Source of the DNA: a virus
Length of the DNA stretch: 12,290 bases
Strand: one strand, 5' to 3'
Virus record (IMG/VR): IMGVR_UViG_3300009285_000039
Span: 1 to 12,290 of that record
The position numbers and the translations under genes were made by a program. Under the pieces are notes generated by a model. That model was not told the origin of the DNA. It saw nothing but the letters and a program-made list of their open reading frames with translations, and did not search any database. Of this stretch, positions 11,167-12,290 are shown in pieces; within the stretch, counting starts at the first letter, position 1; each line of letters begins with the position of its first letter.

Positions 11167-12290
11167 ATGAATAAGGTACTATTATTTTGGGGATTATGTA
11201 TAGTTATTAGTACGAGTATGGTTTATGCTGCTGTGCCTTTGCCTAAATATTTTTGGAATGGTTCATCGGTGGTATCTCAAGGCACCCCTATTGTTTTAAA
11301 GAATTATAATTCTACAAATTTTCATGCTGATGGGACACTTGATTATTATAATTTTAGTGAAACAACACAAAGTTTTTTAGGAAACACAACTATTAGTTTG
11401 TTAGATTTTAATATTACTTCTGTTGGTGCTATAGCTTCATGTTTTAGTGGCAACAAATTTAGTGCTACAGATGTCTTATTTGTTAATACTCAGGATCCAA
11501 AGAATAGTACTGTCGCTGTGACCTTTGCTAGTGGTGGAACATCTGTTAGGTTTGGATTAGAAAATGGCAGTACTTCAAAAGTTTCTGTTAGTAGTGGAGT
11601 GTTAAAGAATTTTACTTGGTACTGTATTGTAGGAAACATTTTCGATATTTCTAATGTTGATTTGTTTTTGAATGGTGTTAATCAGACTGGGACTTCAGCG
11701 ATACCTGCATTAGATACTCAGGGTGTTTATATCGGTGGTTTTCCTAAATACATTTATTATAGTAATCTATTGGTAGCCTATATTGCTATCTATAATACCA
11801 CCTTATCTGCTTCTGAGATAGCGGAATTAAATATTACATGGACGAGTTATGACCCTTATAATTCTAATGAAACTAATGGTTCTTGTGTTTCACCTTCCGA
11901 AAATTTATATATTAATAACGCTACAGTGTTATGTCCAGGCGTTTTTACTTTGGTTGATCCTGATGATAATGGTGCTATAATTATTAATGCAAGTAATATT
12001 GTTCTAACCTGTAATGATACTGTATTGAAGGGTGATTATGGTGCTGGAAGTATAGGAATATATATTTCTAATAAGAATAACGTTACTGTAGAGAATTGCG
12101 GTATAAGAGAATACTTTAGGGGAATATACACTTATGGGACTATATCAAATACTATAAAGAATAATGTTTTTAATCATACAGATTATGGCATTGATACACA
12201 ATACACTAATGACAGCTTATTAATTAATAATTCTATCTCGAATGTGAATACTTTAGGTATAAGAACACAAACAGGATGCTACTATAATAC
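11167..12290 (+). CDS. N-terminal part of the 695-aa exported protein: signal peptide, LamG/concanavalin-like lectin domain, then the start of the parallel beta-helix (continues at 78..1041 after collapsing the overlap)
   Basis: Hand translation shows no stop from ATG 11167 to the window end. The N-terminus MNKVLLFWGLCIVISTSMVYA-AV looks like a cleavable signal peptide. W.CIVGN...VDLFLNGVNQTG......GVYIGGFP.....LVAYIAIYNTTLSASEIAELN is a typical LamG_3-type signature. IVLTCNDTVLKG...GIYISNKNNVTVENCGI...GIYTY.TISNTIKNNVFN matches PbH1/NosD-like beta-helix repeats. Confidence 0.8.
   Translation, partial: MNKVLLFWGLCIVISTSMVYAAVPLPKYFWNGSSVVSQGTPIVLKNYNSTNFHADGTLDYYNFSETTQSFLGNTTISLLDFNITSVGAIASCFSGNKFSATDVLFVNTQDPKNSTVAVTFASGGTSVRFGLENGSTSKVSVSSGVLKNFTWYCIVGNIFDISNVDLFLNGVNQTGTSAIPALDTQGVYIGGFPKYIYYSNLLVAYIAIYNTTLSASEIAELNITWTSYDPYNSNETNGSCVSPSENLYINNATVLCPGVFTLVDPDDNGAIIINASNIVLTCNDTVLKGDYGAGSIGIYISNKNNVTVENCGIREYFRGIYTYGTISNTIKNNVFNHTDYGIDTQYTNDSLLINNSISNVNTLGIRTQTGCYYN
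12214..12290. repeat. Right copy of the exact 77-nt terminal overlap (identical to 1..77)
   Basis: See the feature at 1..77. Confidence 0.9.

Noticed and set aside
11167-12290. Very high density of N-x-S/T sequons in the exported protein (more than 40 by eye across the 695 aa) as proof of archaeal N-glycosylation
   Set aside because: The genome is AT-rich, and Asn, Ser and Thr are inflated throughout beta-helix proteins. Sequon density alone is a compositional by-product and cannot assign the host domain.
1-12290. tRNA or rRNA genes, integrase and att sites, a toxin-antitoxin pair, a reverse transcriptase or DGR
   Set aside because: I could not see a cloverleaf-compatible segment, a recombinase motif, flanking direct repeats other than the assembly overlap, or an RT motif on either strand. 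The absence is by eye only and should be confirmed with tRNAscan, Infernal and profile searches.

Overview
The window appears to be one complete, circularly closed element. Nt 1-77 are identical to nt 12214-12290, so the unique unit is 12,213 bp. The ORF that runs off the right edge (ATG 11167, absent from the ORF track) continues in frame into 1..1041. The sequence is AT-rich, densely coded, and most genes are preceded by Shine-Dalgarno-like GGAGG/GAGGTG/GGTGAT motifs.

There are two transcription arms:
- A long rightward arm (3955 -> junction -> 1314, about 9.6 kb). It carries a terminase large subunit, a portal, a decoration-like protein, a probable HK97-fold major capsid protein and several small or unknown presumably structural ORFs. 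It ends with three exported or membrane proteins, the largest a 695-aa signal-peptide / LamG-like / parallel beta-helix protein.
- A short leftward arm (3192 -> 1367, about 1.8 kb). It carries a 58-aa ORF, a pentapeptide-repeat protein built from 17 near-identical 15-nt DNA units, a winged-helix regulator, an ERCC4-type nuclease and a small possibly OB-fold protein.

The arms diverge from a roughly 760-bp non-coding control region (3193-3954). That region holds a polypurine tract, a 9-bp-stem hairpin, an array of ATACTAGTAT-type palindromes and a G8-ATAAA-G8 doublet just upstream of terL. The arms converge on a GC hairpin at 1326-1345.

I could not recognise a tail tube, sheath or tape measure, a small terminase, a prohead protease, any polymerase, primase or Rep, an integrase, or a lysin. 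My leading interpretation is a miniature terminase-portal-HK97 virus, or possibly a capsid-forming satellite-like element, with an unusual exported adhesin or depolymerase cassette and a candidate DNA-mimic accessory gene. The host domain is unresolved: an AT-rich archaeon such as a methanogen, or an AT-rich bacterium. All family calls are motif recognition by eye, since no searches were run.
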